NCBI RefSeq assembly: GCF_040529125.1
Contig: NZ_CP156662.1
Source of the DNA: Escherichia coli
GTDB lineage: Bacteria > Pseudomonadota > Gammaproteobacteria > Enterobacterales > Enterobacteriaceae
Direction: 5' to 3' (one strand)
DNA: 32,000 nt
Within the stretch, counting starts at the first letter, position 1, and each line of letters opens with the position of its first letter. The translations under genes and the position numbers were made by a program. The notes under the pieces were generated by a model. It did no database searches. It was not told the origin of the DNA and saw nothing but the letters and a program-made list of their open reading frames with translations. This document shows, piece by piece, positions 11,319 to 18,783 of the stretch.

Positions 11319-12563
11319 ATGGCAAGAAAGGCGACCCCACTCACCACCACACAGATCAAAGCAGCTAAACCAGCGGAAAAAGAATACACCTTACAGGATG
11401 GCGGCGGGCTTTTTCTCGTTATTAAGCCGTCTGGTTCGAAACTATGGCGATTCAACTACTATCGACCATCGAACAAAAAACGAACAATCATTAGTTTGGG
11501 ATCGCTTGATGAAGTCTCCCTGGCTGATGCCAGAAAACGCCGTAGCGAGTACAGGACGTTAATTGCGGCAGGAACCGACCCGCAGGAATACGAACGGCAA
11601 AAACTCGAAGCAGAGGCTCGACGACAGGGCAACACGTTCGAAAATGTGGCCGCATTGTGGTACGAAATGAAAAAAAACCAGAATCTCGCCCACAATACGA
11701 TCAAGGACATCTGGCGCTCGCTAGAGAAATATGTATTCCCGTATATCGGAAACACACCGATAGATACTCTCACCGCTCGCCGCTTTGTTGAGATACTCAC
11801 GCCCATCAAGGCACGTGGCAACCTGGAAACACTGAAACGCGTTTTACAGCGCATCAATGAAGTGATGGATTTTGCTGCCAACAGTGGACTGATTGACATC
11901 AACACCGCCGCGAACGTTCGCAAGGCATTCCCTTCCCCCACCAAAAAACACATGCCAACCATCCGACCGGAACAACTACCGCAGCTAATGCACGATTTAT
12001 CGATCGCCAGCATAGAACGGCAAACCAGATTGCTGATTGAGTGGCAGTTGTTAACCGCAACCCGCCCAGCCGAAGCCTCCGCCGCACGGTGGGAAGAAAT
12101 CAACCTTGAGGCGGCAACCTGGACGATACCAGCCGGACGCATGAAGATGCGCCGTGATCATGTGATCCCCCTTTGCGCTCAGGCGATGGCAGTGCTTGAA
12201 GCCATGAAGCCGATTAGCGCACGAAGGGAGCATGTTTTCCCAAGTCTTAAAAATCCAGTGCAATCAATGAGCAGCCAGACAGCAAACGCAGCATTACGAC
12301 GAATGGGTTACGCTGGTGTGCTGGTATCTCACGGACTACGCGCAATATTCAGCACGGCGGCGAATGAAGAAGGATTTGAACCTGACGTGATCGAGGCCGC
12401 ACTCGCACACGTGGACACGAACGAAGTTAGACGGGCATACAACCGAAGCAACTACCTGGAAAAACGTAAAGTGTTAATGTGCTGGTGGGGTGATTTTGTG
12501 GAAGCAGCCTCAACCGGAACAACCATCGCCAGCGGGCACAGGGGATTACGCGGAATAAAATAA
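11319..12563 (+). CDS. P4-type tyrosine recombinase/integrase (DUF4102-like N-terminus)
   Basis: 414 aa; N-terminal LTTTQIKAAKP...YTLQDGGGLFLVIKPSGSKLWRFNY; catalytic-region motifs TATRPAEA, SHGLRAIFST, LAHVDTNEVRRAYNR. Confidence 0.95.
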   Translation: MARKATPLTTTQIKAAKPAEKEYTLQDGGGLFLVIKPSGSKLWRFNYYRPSNKKRTIISLGSLDEVSLADARKRRSEYRTLIAAGTDPQEYERQKLEAEARRQGNTFENVAALWYEMKKNQNLAHNTIKDIWRSLEKYVFPYIGNTPIDTLTARRFVEILTPIKARGNLETLKRVLQRINEVMDFAANSGLIDINTAANVRKAFPSPTKKHMPTIRPEQLPQLMHDLSIASIERQTRLLIEWQLLTATRPAEASAARWEEINLEAATWTIPAGRMKMRRDHVIPLCAQAMAVLEAMKPISARREHVFPSLKNPVQSMSSQTANAALRRMGYAGVLVSHGLRAIFSTAANEEGFEPDVIEAALAHVDTNEVRRAYNRSNYLEKRKVLMCWWGDFVEAASTGTTIASGHRGLRGIK

Positions 12564-12578
12564 AATATTTAAAAAATT

Positions 12579-12624
12579 ATTGGTTCCTAATTGGTTCCTA
12601 ATTGGTACCAATTAGGAGCCAATT
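12579..12624. repeat. Phased direct repeats plus 34-bp near-perfect palindrome
   Basis: ATTGGTTCCTA ATTGGTTCCTA ATTGGTACCAATTAGGAGCCAAT; 12590-12623 is a palindrome centred on GGTACC with one mismatched pair. Confidence 0.85.
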
Positions 12625-12817
12625 TGTGTCTCATTACTGTCTCATTTTGAGAAATATTTAAAATTCTTTTTATGTTAGAAAATTAAAAAATAATCAATCA
12701 CATAGCTCTTATTAAATAATTCTTGACTGTCTTTTTTATAGATTTGTATGCTTATTACATTACTTACCGTTATTTTCATTCAAAAAGCGATATTTTGCTG
12801 TCCAGAGGAGAAATAGG

Positions 12818-13009
12818 ATGAGGGCTATTCTTTTACGACCAGAGGTAAAGGCCTTGCTACGCATTAAATCTGATTCAACCCTAACGGAGATGATTAACAA
12901 GGGCGGGTTCCCCAAAGGGTTCCGTATCGGGCTGCGTCGCATTGGCTGGTATGAAGATGAGGTGCTCTCCTGGTTGAAAGAACGTGAGAGAGAAACTCGC
13001 GAAGCGTAA
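12818..13009 (+). CDS. AlpA-family (MerR-like HTH) regulator/excisionase-like
   Basis: 63 aa MRAILLRPEVKALLRIKSDSTLTEMINKGGFPKGFRIGLRRIGWYEDEVLSWLKERERE. Confidence 0.88.
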   Translation: MRAILLRPEVKALLRIKSDSTLTEMINKGGFPKGFRIGLRRIGWYEDEVLSWLKERERETREA

Positions 13010-13067
13010 GCGTGATTAACGCTCGCCTGATTACTATCAAGCAACAAGACAATTAAGAGAGAACATT

Positions 13068-13172
13068 ATGAATACTGGCAAAAATGCCCAAACAGGGGCA
13101 GGTTTTCGTTCAACCATAAAAAATATGGCTGATGTTATTACTCAGTACAAACCTTACGAACGAATTAATTGA
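13068..13172 (+). CDS. Possible 34-aa small protein
   Basis: ATG after a purine-rich stretch; MNTGKNAQTGAGFRSTIKNMADVITQYKPYERIN*. Confidence 0.35.
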   Translation: MNTGKNAQTGAGFRSTIKNMADVITQYKPYERIN

Positions 13173-13183
13173 ACTAATCGCAC

Positions 13184-13200
13184 TTCCGTTTTAAACGGAA
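13184..13200. repeat. 17-nt inverted repeat, possible operator/hairpin
   Basis: TTCCGTTT T AAACGGAA upstream of the Ash-like ORF. Confidence 0.6.
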
Positions 13201-13235
13201 ACGAACAATCGCATAGATTAAACGACAAAATAAAT

Positions 13236-13832
13236 ATGCTTTTTACAAACAAAATAAAGGCGACCGCAGAGGGTCGCCAGAGAACATGTATTAAACTTGA
13301 ATGCATCGCCAACAATGCCACATTTACGGCTGGTGGGCAATGTGATTTGTGTGGTGGGCACACCTTCAACACATCCGACCACATGAGCCGGAAAACGGGA
13401 TATACTCGCCTAATCCCTTATAAAACGGGGATCGGGATTACCACCCCGCTGAAGCAAAAGGCGACACATGACGCGCCAGCGTCTTTTTTGTTGTCTGTAC
13501 ACACGCACACCTTATCAATGGTGGGCTGTATGGGGCTGACTTCGGTCAGGCTGGTCTCCTTTTGCGCCAGTTGTGGTAACCCTGTACAGTCCACCGCCAG
13601 CGAGCTTACCACCTCCTGCGGTGGGTATATCCCAACGCAAAAGGAGGCTGCCAAATGGCTACTATCCCTGCCCTCGCACATACTCAGAACGCCTTTATCT
13701 GGCGCTTTATCATCGTTAATCCGAGTGATTACCGCGTCGTTCACGTCGTGGCGTCAACCGAACGAGAAGCGCGTAACTATTGCCCGTCCGGTTGTGTTGC
13801 CGTATTCGCTGCCCGTATTCGTCAGGGGGTAA
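13236..13832 (+). CDS. Ash-family-like protein of P4-type satellites/prophages
   Basis: 198-aa ORF; contains CDLCGG and SMVGCMGLTSVRLVSF, resembling the Ash family MVG..G..KG.P signature. Confidence 0.5.
   Translation: MLFTNKIKATAEGRQRTCIKLECIANNATFTAGGQCDLCGGHTFNTSDHMSRKTGYTRLIPYKTGIGITTPLKQKATHDAPASFLLSVHTHTLSMVGCMGLTSVRLVSFCASCGNPVQSTASELTTSCGGYIPTQKEAAKWLLSLPSHILRTPLSGALSSLIRVITASFTSWRQPNEKRVTIARPVVLPYSLPVFVRG
13470..13489 (+). terminator. Intragenic Rho-independent terminator-like hairpin
   Basis: GACGC gcca GCGTC followed by TTTTTT, inside the Ash-like ORF. Confidence 0.55.
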
Positions 13833-13843
13833 GTCATGCTTAA
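13655..13843 (+). CDS. Host cell division inhibitor Icd-like protein
   Basis: AAGGAGG RBS 7 nt upstream; FIWRFIIVNPSDYRVVHVVASTEREARNYCPSGCVAVFAARI matches the Icd-like WRFL...V.A.SEREAR......FAARL pattern; overlaps the Ash-like ORF in another frame. Confidence 0.7.
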   Translation: MATIPALAHTQNAFIWRFIIVNPSDYRVVHVVASTEREARNYCPSGCVAVFAARIRQGVSHA

Positions 13844-14021
13844 GCGATTCCAGATAACCGCACGCGCTGTAAATCATCAAGGCCACGTTATTGATATTCG
13901 GCAAAACGTGAACGCCACCAGCGTTAATGCAGCTATAGCAATATTGAAAGAAGAGTTAATCGGCTGTGGGTTCACGCAGGTGATGATCCGTGTCGTAGTT
14001 GAAGTGTCGACTATTCATTAA
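13836..14021 (+). CDS. Hypothetical protein, 61 aa
   Basis: Overlaps the end of the Icd-like gene in a compact operon layout. Confidence 0.6.
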   Translation: MLKRFQITARAVNHQGHVIDIRQNVNATSVNAAIAILKEELIGCGFTQVMIRVVVEVSTIH

Positions 14022-14050
14022 TTCAGCTTTAACAAAACGTAATTCGACAA

Positions 14051-14338
14051 ATGAAAGTAAAAAATTCTGGCTTTACTGCCAGCGGTAAAACTCGTCCTAA
14101 ATTCATGCACGGCGATATTTACCGCGATAAATACGGCAGCACGGTAATGATTAAGGGCGTGAGTGAACGACGCATTACCTACCGCCGTGAAGGATACAAA
14201 TATGACTGCGTGATGCCTGTTTATCAGTTCCAGCGTGATTTTACGCAGGTGGATCATCGTGAAACCGTAAATCAGAACCGTGCAGCAAGATACATCCGCA
14301 AAATCCGCGAAATGATGGTTACTGGGGGCAAGAAATGA
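14051..14338 (+). CDS. DUF4222-like small phage/satellite protein
   Basis: GDIYRDKYGSTVMIKGVSERRITYRREGYKYDCVMPVYQFQRDFTQV resembles the DUF4222 pattern; ATGA-type overlap with the next gene. Confidence 0.6.
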   Translation: MKVKNSGFTASGKTRPKFMHGDIYRDKYGSTVMIKGVSERRITYRREGYKYDCVMPVYQFQRDFTQVDHRETVNQNRAARYIRKIREMMVTGGKK

Positions 14339-16470
14339 AACGCGCACCGAACTTAAAGCACCAGCCAGCCGACAAAATGACGGAGGTTATCATTTTTGCG
14401 GGTAGTGATGCGTGGAGCCATGCGAAAGAGTGGCAGGAATGGGCAGGTAAGCATATTGCCGCCGACAATGTGCCGCCTGTCGTTCTGTCAGATGAACACC
14501 TGAAAGATATTACCGGTTATCAGATTATTGATGATAGCCGTCAGTGTGTGCGTGTTTACCGCGCAGGGCACATCACTGAACGTAGCCTTACACAGATCGT
14601 CACATTGCTGGCTGTGGCTGGCGTGAAGACCGTATACGAATATGCGGGGATAACTGACACCAGCCCGGCGGATTTATCCGACCAGTTGCCTCGCCTCAAA
14701 GACGAATATGAGCGCGGGGAAAGTCTGGTGTTGCCCTTAAAGAAAAAAATCACAGAAAGCCAGGGCGATGATGAATTAAAACCCCGCGTTGAAAGTCGCG
14801 CCGATGGTGTTTTCTGGGTAACGCCCAAAGTTGACAAACAGTCAGGCGAAATTATCCGGCCTGAGACGTGGTTATGTTCCCCGCTTGAACTACTGGGAAC
14901 GGGAACAATCGGTAAAGAGCATTACCGCGTGATGCGCTGGAAAAAACCGGCAAACCATGAATCCATCACAATGGCGATCCCGTGTGGTGGCATTGGCGAC
15001 CGTGACGGCTGGCGGTTGCTTAAAGATCACGGCCTGAACGTGACAACAAACGGCAAATACAGGGCTATCCTGGCTGACTGGATGCAGTTAAGCGGAAACC
15101 ATGAGGAATGGCAGTTAAGCACAACAACGGGGTGGCATTTTGGCGCGTACATCATGCCGGACGGTTCAGTCATTGGTGAGTCTGAAAAACCGATCCTGTT
15201 TACCGGAAAAACGGCAGCCGTTAATGGTTATTCCGTAGCAGGAACGGCGGAGGGCTGGCGCGATACCGTGGCGCGACTGGCTGGTGGTAATCCGTCCATG
15301 ATGCTGGGTGTGGCGGTATCGTTATCAGCACCATTAATCGGGCTGGTGGGCGCTGACGGCTTCGGGGTACATCTTTTCGAACAATCATCAGCAGGGAAAA
15401 CCACCACACAGAACATAGCATCAAGTTTATGGGGAGAGCCGGACGCGCAACGGCTGACCTGGTACGGAACGGCGTTAGGTATCGCCAACGAGGCAGAGGC
15501 ACACAACGACGGGCTGTTACCCCTAGATGAAATAGGCCAAGCCGGAAACGCACGGGAGGTGTCCACGTCGGCTTATACGCTGTTTAACGGTTCGGGGAAA
15601 TTACAGGGGGCGAAGGACGGCGGCAACAGGGAGATCAAACACTGGCGCACGGTGGCAATCAGCACCGGAGAAATGGACGTTGAGACATTCCTCAAAACGG
15701 AGGGGATAAAAGTCAAAGCGGGGCAGCTTGTCCGCCTGCTTAACGTGCCGATGGAGAAGTCTACGCAGTATCACGAATACAGCACAGGAAAGGCGCACGC
15801 AGACGCGTTAAAAGCCGCCTGGACAGAAAACCACGGGGCGGCGGGTCGTGAATGGGTTAAATGGCTGGCAGCCCACCAGCAGGAGGCTAAGGACACGGTA
15901 AGGGCGTGTCGTGAACGGTGGCGCAACCTGATCCCGGAGTGCTACGGCGAACAGGTTCATCGCGTGGGGGAACGATTCGCCATACTGGAGGCCGCGCTTG
16001 TGCTGTCCGGTCATGTTACGGGCTGGAATGTTCAGACGTGCCGTGATGCCATTCAGCATAACTTTAATGCCTGGGTGAAGGAGTTCGGCACGGGTAACAA
16101 GGAACACAGGCAGATTATTGAACAGGCAGAGGCATTTCTTACAGCCTACGGCATGAGCAGGTTTGCGCCTGTCAATTATGACCCTGCAAGCCTGCCGATT
16201 TCAGAACTGTACGGCTACAGGGAAAGCGAGGGGCGTTACGGTGAGCCTGTTTTGTTTTACGTCCTGCCGGAGCCATTTAAATCGCATGTGGCGAAGGGAT
16301 TTAACAAGGATGCCGTAGCAAGAGCCCTTCACGAAGCCGGAATGCTGAAAAAGCCAGCCAGCGGGGAAGGATGGCAAATCAGAACACCACGTCTTAAGCA
16401 CATGAAGGGGGCACGACTAAGGGTGTACGGCCTTTTACTTGCACAGGATCATGATGATGAAGGAGGTTAA
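14335..16470 (+). CDS. DUF927 domain protein, putative replicative ATPase/helicase
   Basis: 711 aa; WHFGAYIMPDGSVIG, Walker A-like FEQSSAGKTTTQN, Walker B-like DGLLPLDEIGQ. Confidence 0.85.
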   Translation: MKRAPNLKHQPADKMTEVIIFAGSDAWSHAKEWQEWAGKHIAADNVPPVVLSDEHLKDITGYQIIDDSRQCVRVYRAGHITERSLTQIVTLLAVAGVKTVYEYAGITDTSPADLSDQLPRLKDEYERGESLVLPLKKKITESQGDDELKPRVESRADGVFWVTPKVDKQSGEIIRPETWLCSPLELLGTGTIGKEHYRVMRWKKPANHESITMAIPCGGIGDRDGWRLLKDHGLNVTTNGKYRAILADWMQLSGNHEEWQLSTTTGWHFGAYIMPDGSVIGESEKPILFTGKTAAVNGYSVAGTAEGWRDTVARLAGGNPSMMLGVAVSLSAPLIGLVGADGFGVHLFEQSSAGKTTTQNIASSLWGEPDAQRLTWYGTALGIANEAEAHNDGLLPLDEIGQAGNAREVSTSAYTLFNGSGKLQGAKDGGNREIKHWRTVAISTGEMDVETFLKTEGIKVKAGQLVRLLNVPMEKSTQYHEYSTGKAHADALKAAWTENHGAAGREWVKWLAAHQQEAKDTVRACRERWRNLIPECYGEQVHRVGERFAILEAALVLSGHVTGWNVQTCRDAIQHNFNAWVKEFGTGNKEHRQIIEQAEAFLTAYGMSRFAPVNYDPASLPISELYGYRESEGRYGEPVLFYVLPEPFKSHVAKGFNKDAVARALHEAGMLKKPASGEGWQIRTPRLKHMKGARLRVYGLLLAQDHDDEGG

Positions 16471-16494
16471 TCTCTCGCGTGTAGGTTTAAAAAC

Positions 16495-16631
16495 ACTTGT
16501 CCCACCTGTCCCAACCTGTGGGAAACACACATAACACACTGAATTATATTGGGTAACATCAGAAAAAGTGGGGCAAGTGTGGGACAAGTTAAGGTGATTT
16601 TGGGACAAGTTAGGAGCATTTTGGGACAAGT
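16495..16631. repeat. Iteron cluster A (TGGGACAAGT / ACTTGTCCCA)
   Basis: ACTTGTCCCA at 16495-16504; ACCTGTCCCA at 16504-16513; TGGGGCAAGT at 16569-16578; TGGGACAAGT at 16580-16589, 16601-16610 and 16622-16631 (spacings 11, 21, 21). Confidence 0.88.
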
Positions 16632-16706
16632 CAGCAGGCGTTATTTTTTGCCTGGCTGGTGGACATTAAAAATCCAACCAACATTTAAAACCGGAGAGCA
16701 GACAAT

Positions 16707-17132
16707 ATGACGGCACAAATATCAGCTTACGGGCGGCTGGTAGCTGACCCGCAGTTAAAGACCACCAGCAAGGGAACACCAATGGCGCTGGTTAGTATGG
16801 CTGTTCCCCTTCCGTGCAGTCAGGCAGATGACGGAACAGCGACGATGTGGTTATCCGTCCTGGCGTTTGGCAGACAGGCCGATGCACTGGCAAAACACCA
16901 GAAAGGCGAACTGGTGAGCGTGGCGGGTAACATGCAGATAAGCCAGTGGACAGACCAGAACGGGGAAATGCGGCAGGGCTGGCAGGTCATCGCAGACAGC
17001 GTAATCAGTGCGCGAACCGTGCGACCTGGAGGCAGGAAAGGACAGCAAGGGCAGGCTACTGACGCACTGAACAGGGCAAAGCAGCAGACGAGCCAGCAGG
17101 ATGACCCGTATGAGGACGAAATACCATTTTAA
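16707..17132 (+). CDS. Single-stranded DNA-binding protein
   Basis: 141 aa; OB-fold-like N-terminus (GRLVADPQLKTTSKGTPMALVSMAV) and acidic C-terminal tip DPYEDEIPF. Confidence 0.9.
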   Translation: MTAQISAYGRLVADPQLKTTSKGTPMALVSMAVPLPCSQADDGTATMWLSVLAFGRQADALAKHQKGELVSVAGNMQISQWTDQNGEMRQGWQVIADSVISARTVRPGGRKGQQGQATDALNRAKQQTSQQDDPYEDEIPF

Positions 17133-17167
17133 CTGCCAGTGGATTCACTAACAGAGGCTAACAAATA

Positions 17168-17704
17168 ATGACTACACTGACTATTAGCAGAAAACCGAAA
17201 GGCATTTACGGCATACCACAGAAAAAGACACAGACGACACAGCAGCAGGATAAAACCACATCAGCGCATAAAGTGATACCCGGCAATCAGAACGCACCGC
17301 AGAGCCGCAAACAGAAGCCCACAGGGGCGACACCGTGGCGGCATATGACCAAACGCCAGGGCAAAAACCGCAGGCGCGTTAACCGTCTTATTGAACTATG
17401 GCCTGAATTATTCAGCCTGGAATCACCGAAGCCGCTTAAGGTAGGGATATTTGAAGATCTGATACAGGATATTGCCGTCAGGGCGCTGGCTTTTGGGTCA
17501 GGGGCATTACGTGCGGCGCTAGCATCTTATGCTCATTCTCCGCGTTATTACCGTGCCTTAATGGCTGGTGGCGTGCGTTACGATCTGAATTGCCAGCCAT
17601 GCGGTGAGGTGACACAACAGGAACAGCAGGACGCGGAAGCACGACTGATGGCACTGAAAGAGAAGCGCAAACGTAAGTCGAACAAGGAACAAGCTGGCGT
17701 ATGA
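17168..17704 (+). CDS. ProQ/FinO-domain RNA chaperone-like protein
   Basis: WPELFSLESPKPLKVGIFEDLIQDI...LRAALASYAHSPRYYRALMAGGVRYDLNCQPCGEVTQQEQQDAEARL matches the ProQ/FinO core. Confidence 0.88.
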   Translation: MTTLTISRKPKGIYGIPQKKTQTTQQQDKTTSAHKVIPGNQNAPQSRKQKPTGATPWRHMTKRQGKNRRRVNRLIELWPELFSLESPKPLKVGIFEDLIQDIAVRALAFGSGALRAALASYAHSPRYYRALMAGGVRYDLNCQPCGEVTQQEQQDAEARLMALKEKRKRKSNKEQAGV

Positions 17705-17985
17705 GTATGATTCACGACAGTAAAGCGGAAGATCTGGAGGCTAAAGGCCTGTACCGGAGAGCGGCGACCCGATGGGCTGAGGTCATGCAACAGGTGAACA
17801 CCGATAAGGAGCGCGAACAGGCAGTAAAGCGTCGCGCGGAATGTATCCACAAGGCAGCACGTTCGCCCGTCATGCTGGATAATTTCGGGGGCTTGAGAGA
17901 GGCAGTAAACCGCACACAGGCGGATATGGGGATAGAAATCGCAAAATCTGTCTGGCGGAACTACCAGACAGACAAGGTTTTATAG
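17701..17985 (+). CDS. ANR-family-like transcriptional regulator
   Basis: 94 aa; AEDLEAKGLYRRAATRWAEVMQQVNTDKEREQAVKRRAECIHKA resembles the ANR domain; overlaps the end of the ProQ/FinO gene. Confidence 0.68.
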   Translation: MSMIHDSKAEDLEAKGLYRRAATRWAEVMQQVNTDKEREQAVKRRAECIHKAARSPVMLDNFGGLREAVNRTQADMGIEIAKSVWRNYQTDKVL

Positions 17986-18041
17986 TGGCAGTTCTGCATT
18001 ATTTTTTGTGTTATTGAGTTGTAGAGCGTTTCAGGAGTTTT

Positions 18042-18251
18042 TTGAATCACATGAACGTTTCGCTGGTGGATATTCTTGACAAGTTGCAGCCAGGCCGACG
18101 CGTGCCAGCTCGCCGCAGTGCCTGGCATCTTCCGTACATCGTCTTTCTCGAACGGCGCGGAAACGATTTGATTGCGTTGAATCCCGTCACAGAGGATAGC
18201 GTTACGCTATCTCCTGAGAGTCTACTAGCCACAGACTGGGAGTACTGCTAA
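18042..18251 (+). CDS. Small protein resembling DUF2829 / Thoeris anti-defense Tad2 family
   Basis: 69 aa (TTG start, or ATG at 18051); VDILDKLQPGRRVPARRSAW...YIVFL...SPESLLATDWEYC resembles the DUF2829 layout ending in (D)LLAxDWE. Confidence 0.5.
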   Translation: MNHMNVSLVDILDKLQPGRRVPARRSAWHLPYIVFLERRGNDLIALNPVTEDSVTLSPESLLATDWEYC

Positions 18252-18300
18252 ACACAAACGCATCGAGGGTGCTGGCGTGTTGCCAGCCCCACCCCCTCCG

Positions 18301-18518
18301 AAATGATCCCCCAAAAAGTACAAAATGATCCCCCATTAACGAACAGAAAACAAACAAAGAGCAACAAATAAGCATTATTTACAATTCTTGACAAAAACAC
18401 CCCCTATTTATAACCCTACCAAATTTAAAATTACATCTACAAAACAATAAGTTACAAAATCAGCAACGGATCATTTCGAAAAAAACGGTTAGTCCCTTTT
18501 TCGAAAAGGGATCATTTT
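18301..18518. promoter_or_regulatory. Promoter bracketed by inverted pairs of AAATGATCC(CCC) repeats
   Basis: AAATGATCCCCC at 18301-18312 and 18323-18334; inverted GGATCATTT at 18468-18476 and 18509-18517; TTGACA (18388-18393) N15 TATAAC (18409-18414) between them; TCCCTTTT-tcg-AAAAGGGA at 18493-18511. Confidence 0.65.
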
Positions 18519-18783
18519 GTTGCTTAAACTCATATGCGGATTACATATCAATACGCTAGTGATAGCCGTTCTGGAATGCCACAGAAACGCGCTGTAATCG
18601 ATTCTGGCGCAATTAGCTGTGCTAGGTAATGATTTACCTATCTGGGGATGTTGCGCACGTCTGGATTGCGTTACCACCGAAGATTGTGCGCGTATGGTGG
18701 CTGTTACGGTCGCCTCCCGACAACGCAAAATTGCGGCGGCACAGTCGGTTTACCGCGCTAACACGGCTTGATTCACTCGCTCG

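Noticed and set aside
12579-12624. Intrinsic terminator for int
   Set aside because: The palindrome has no 3' T tract and is AT/GC mixed with tandem half-sites; more like protein-binding DNA.
14556-16107. Several minus-strand ORFs inside the DUF927 gene
   Set aside because: Antisense shadows of a well-supported 711-aa coding region.
16435-16629. 64-aa minus-strand ORF MSQNAPNLSQNHLNLSHTCP...
   Set aside because: Translation of the 21-bp iterons (NLSQN repeats); not a plausible gene.
18489-18728. 79-aa minus-strand ORF
   Set aside because: No RBS or family resemblance seen; overlaps the repeat and hairpin region.
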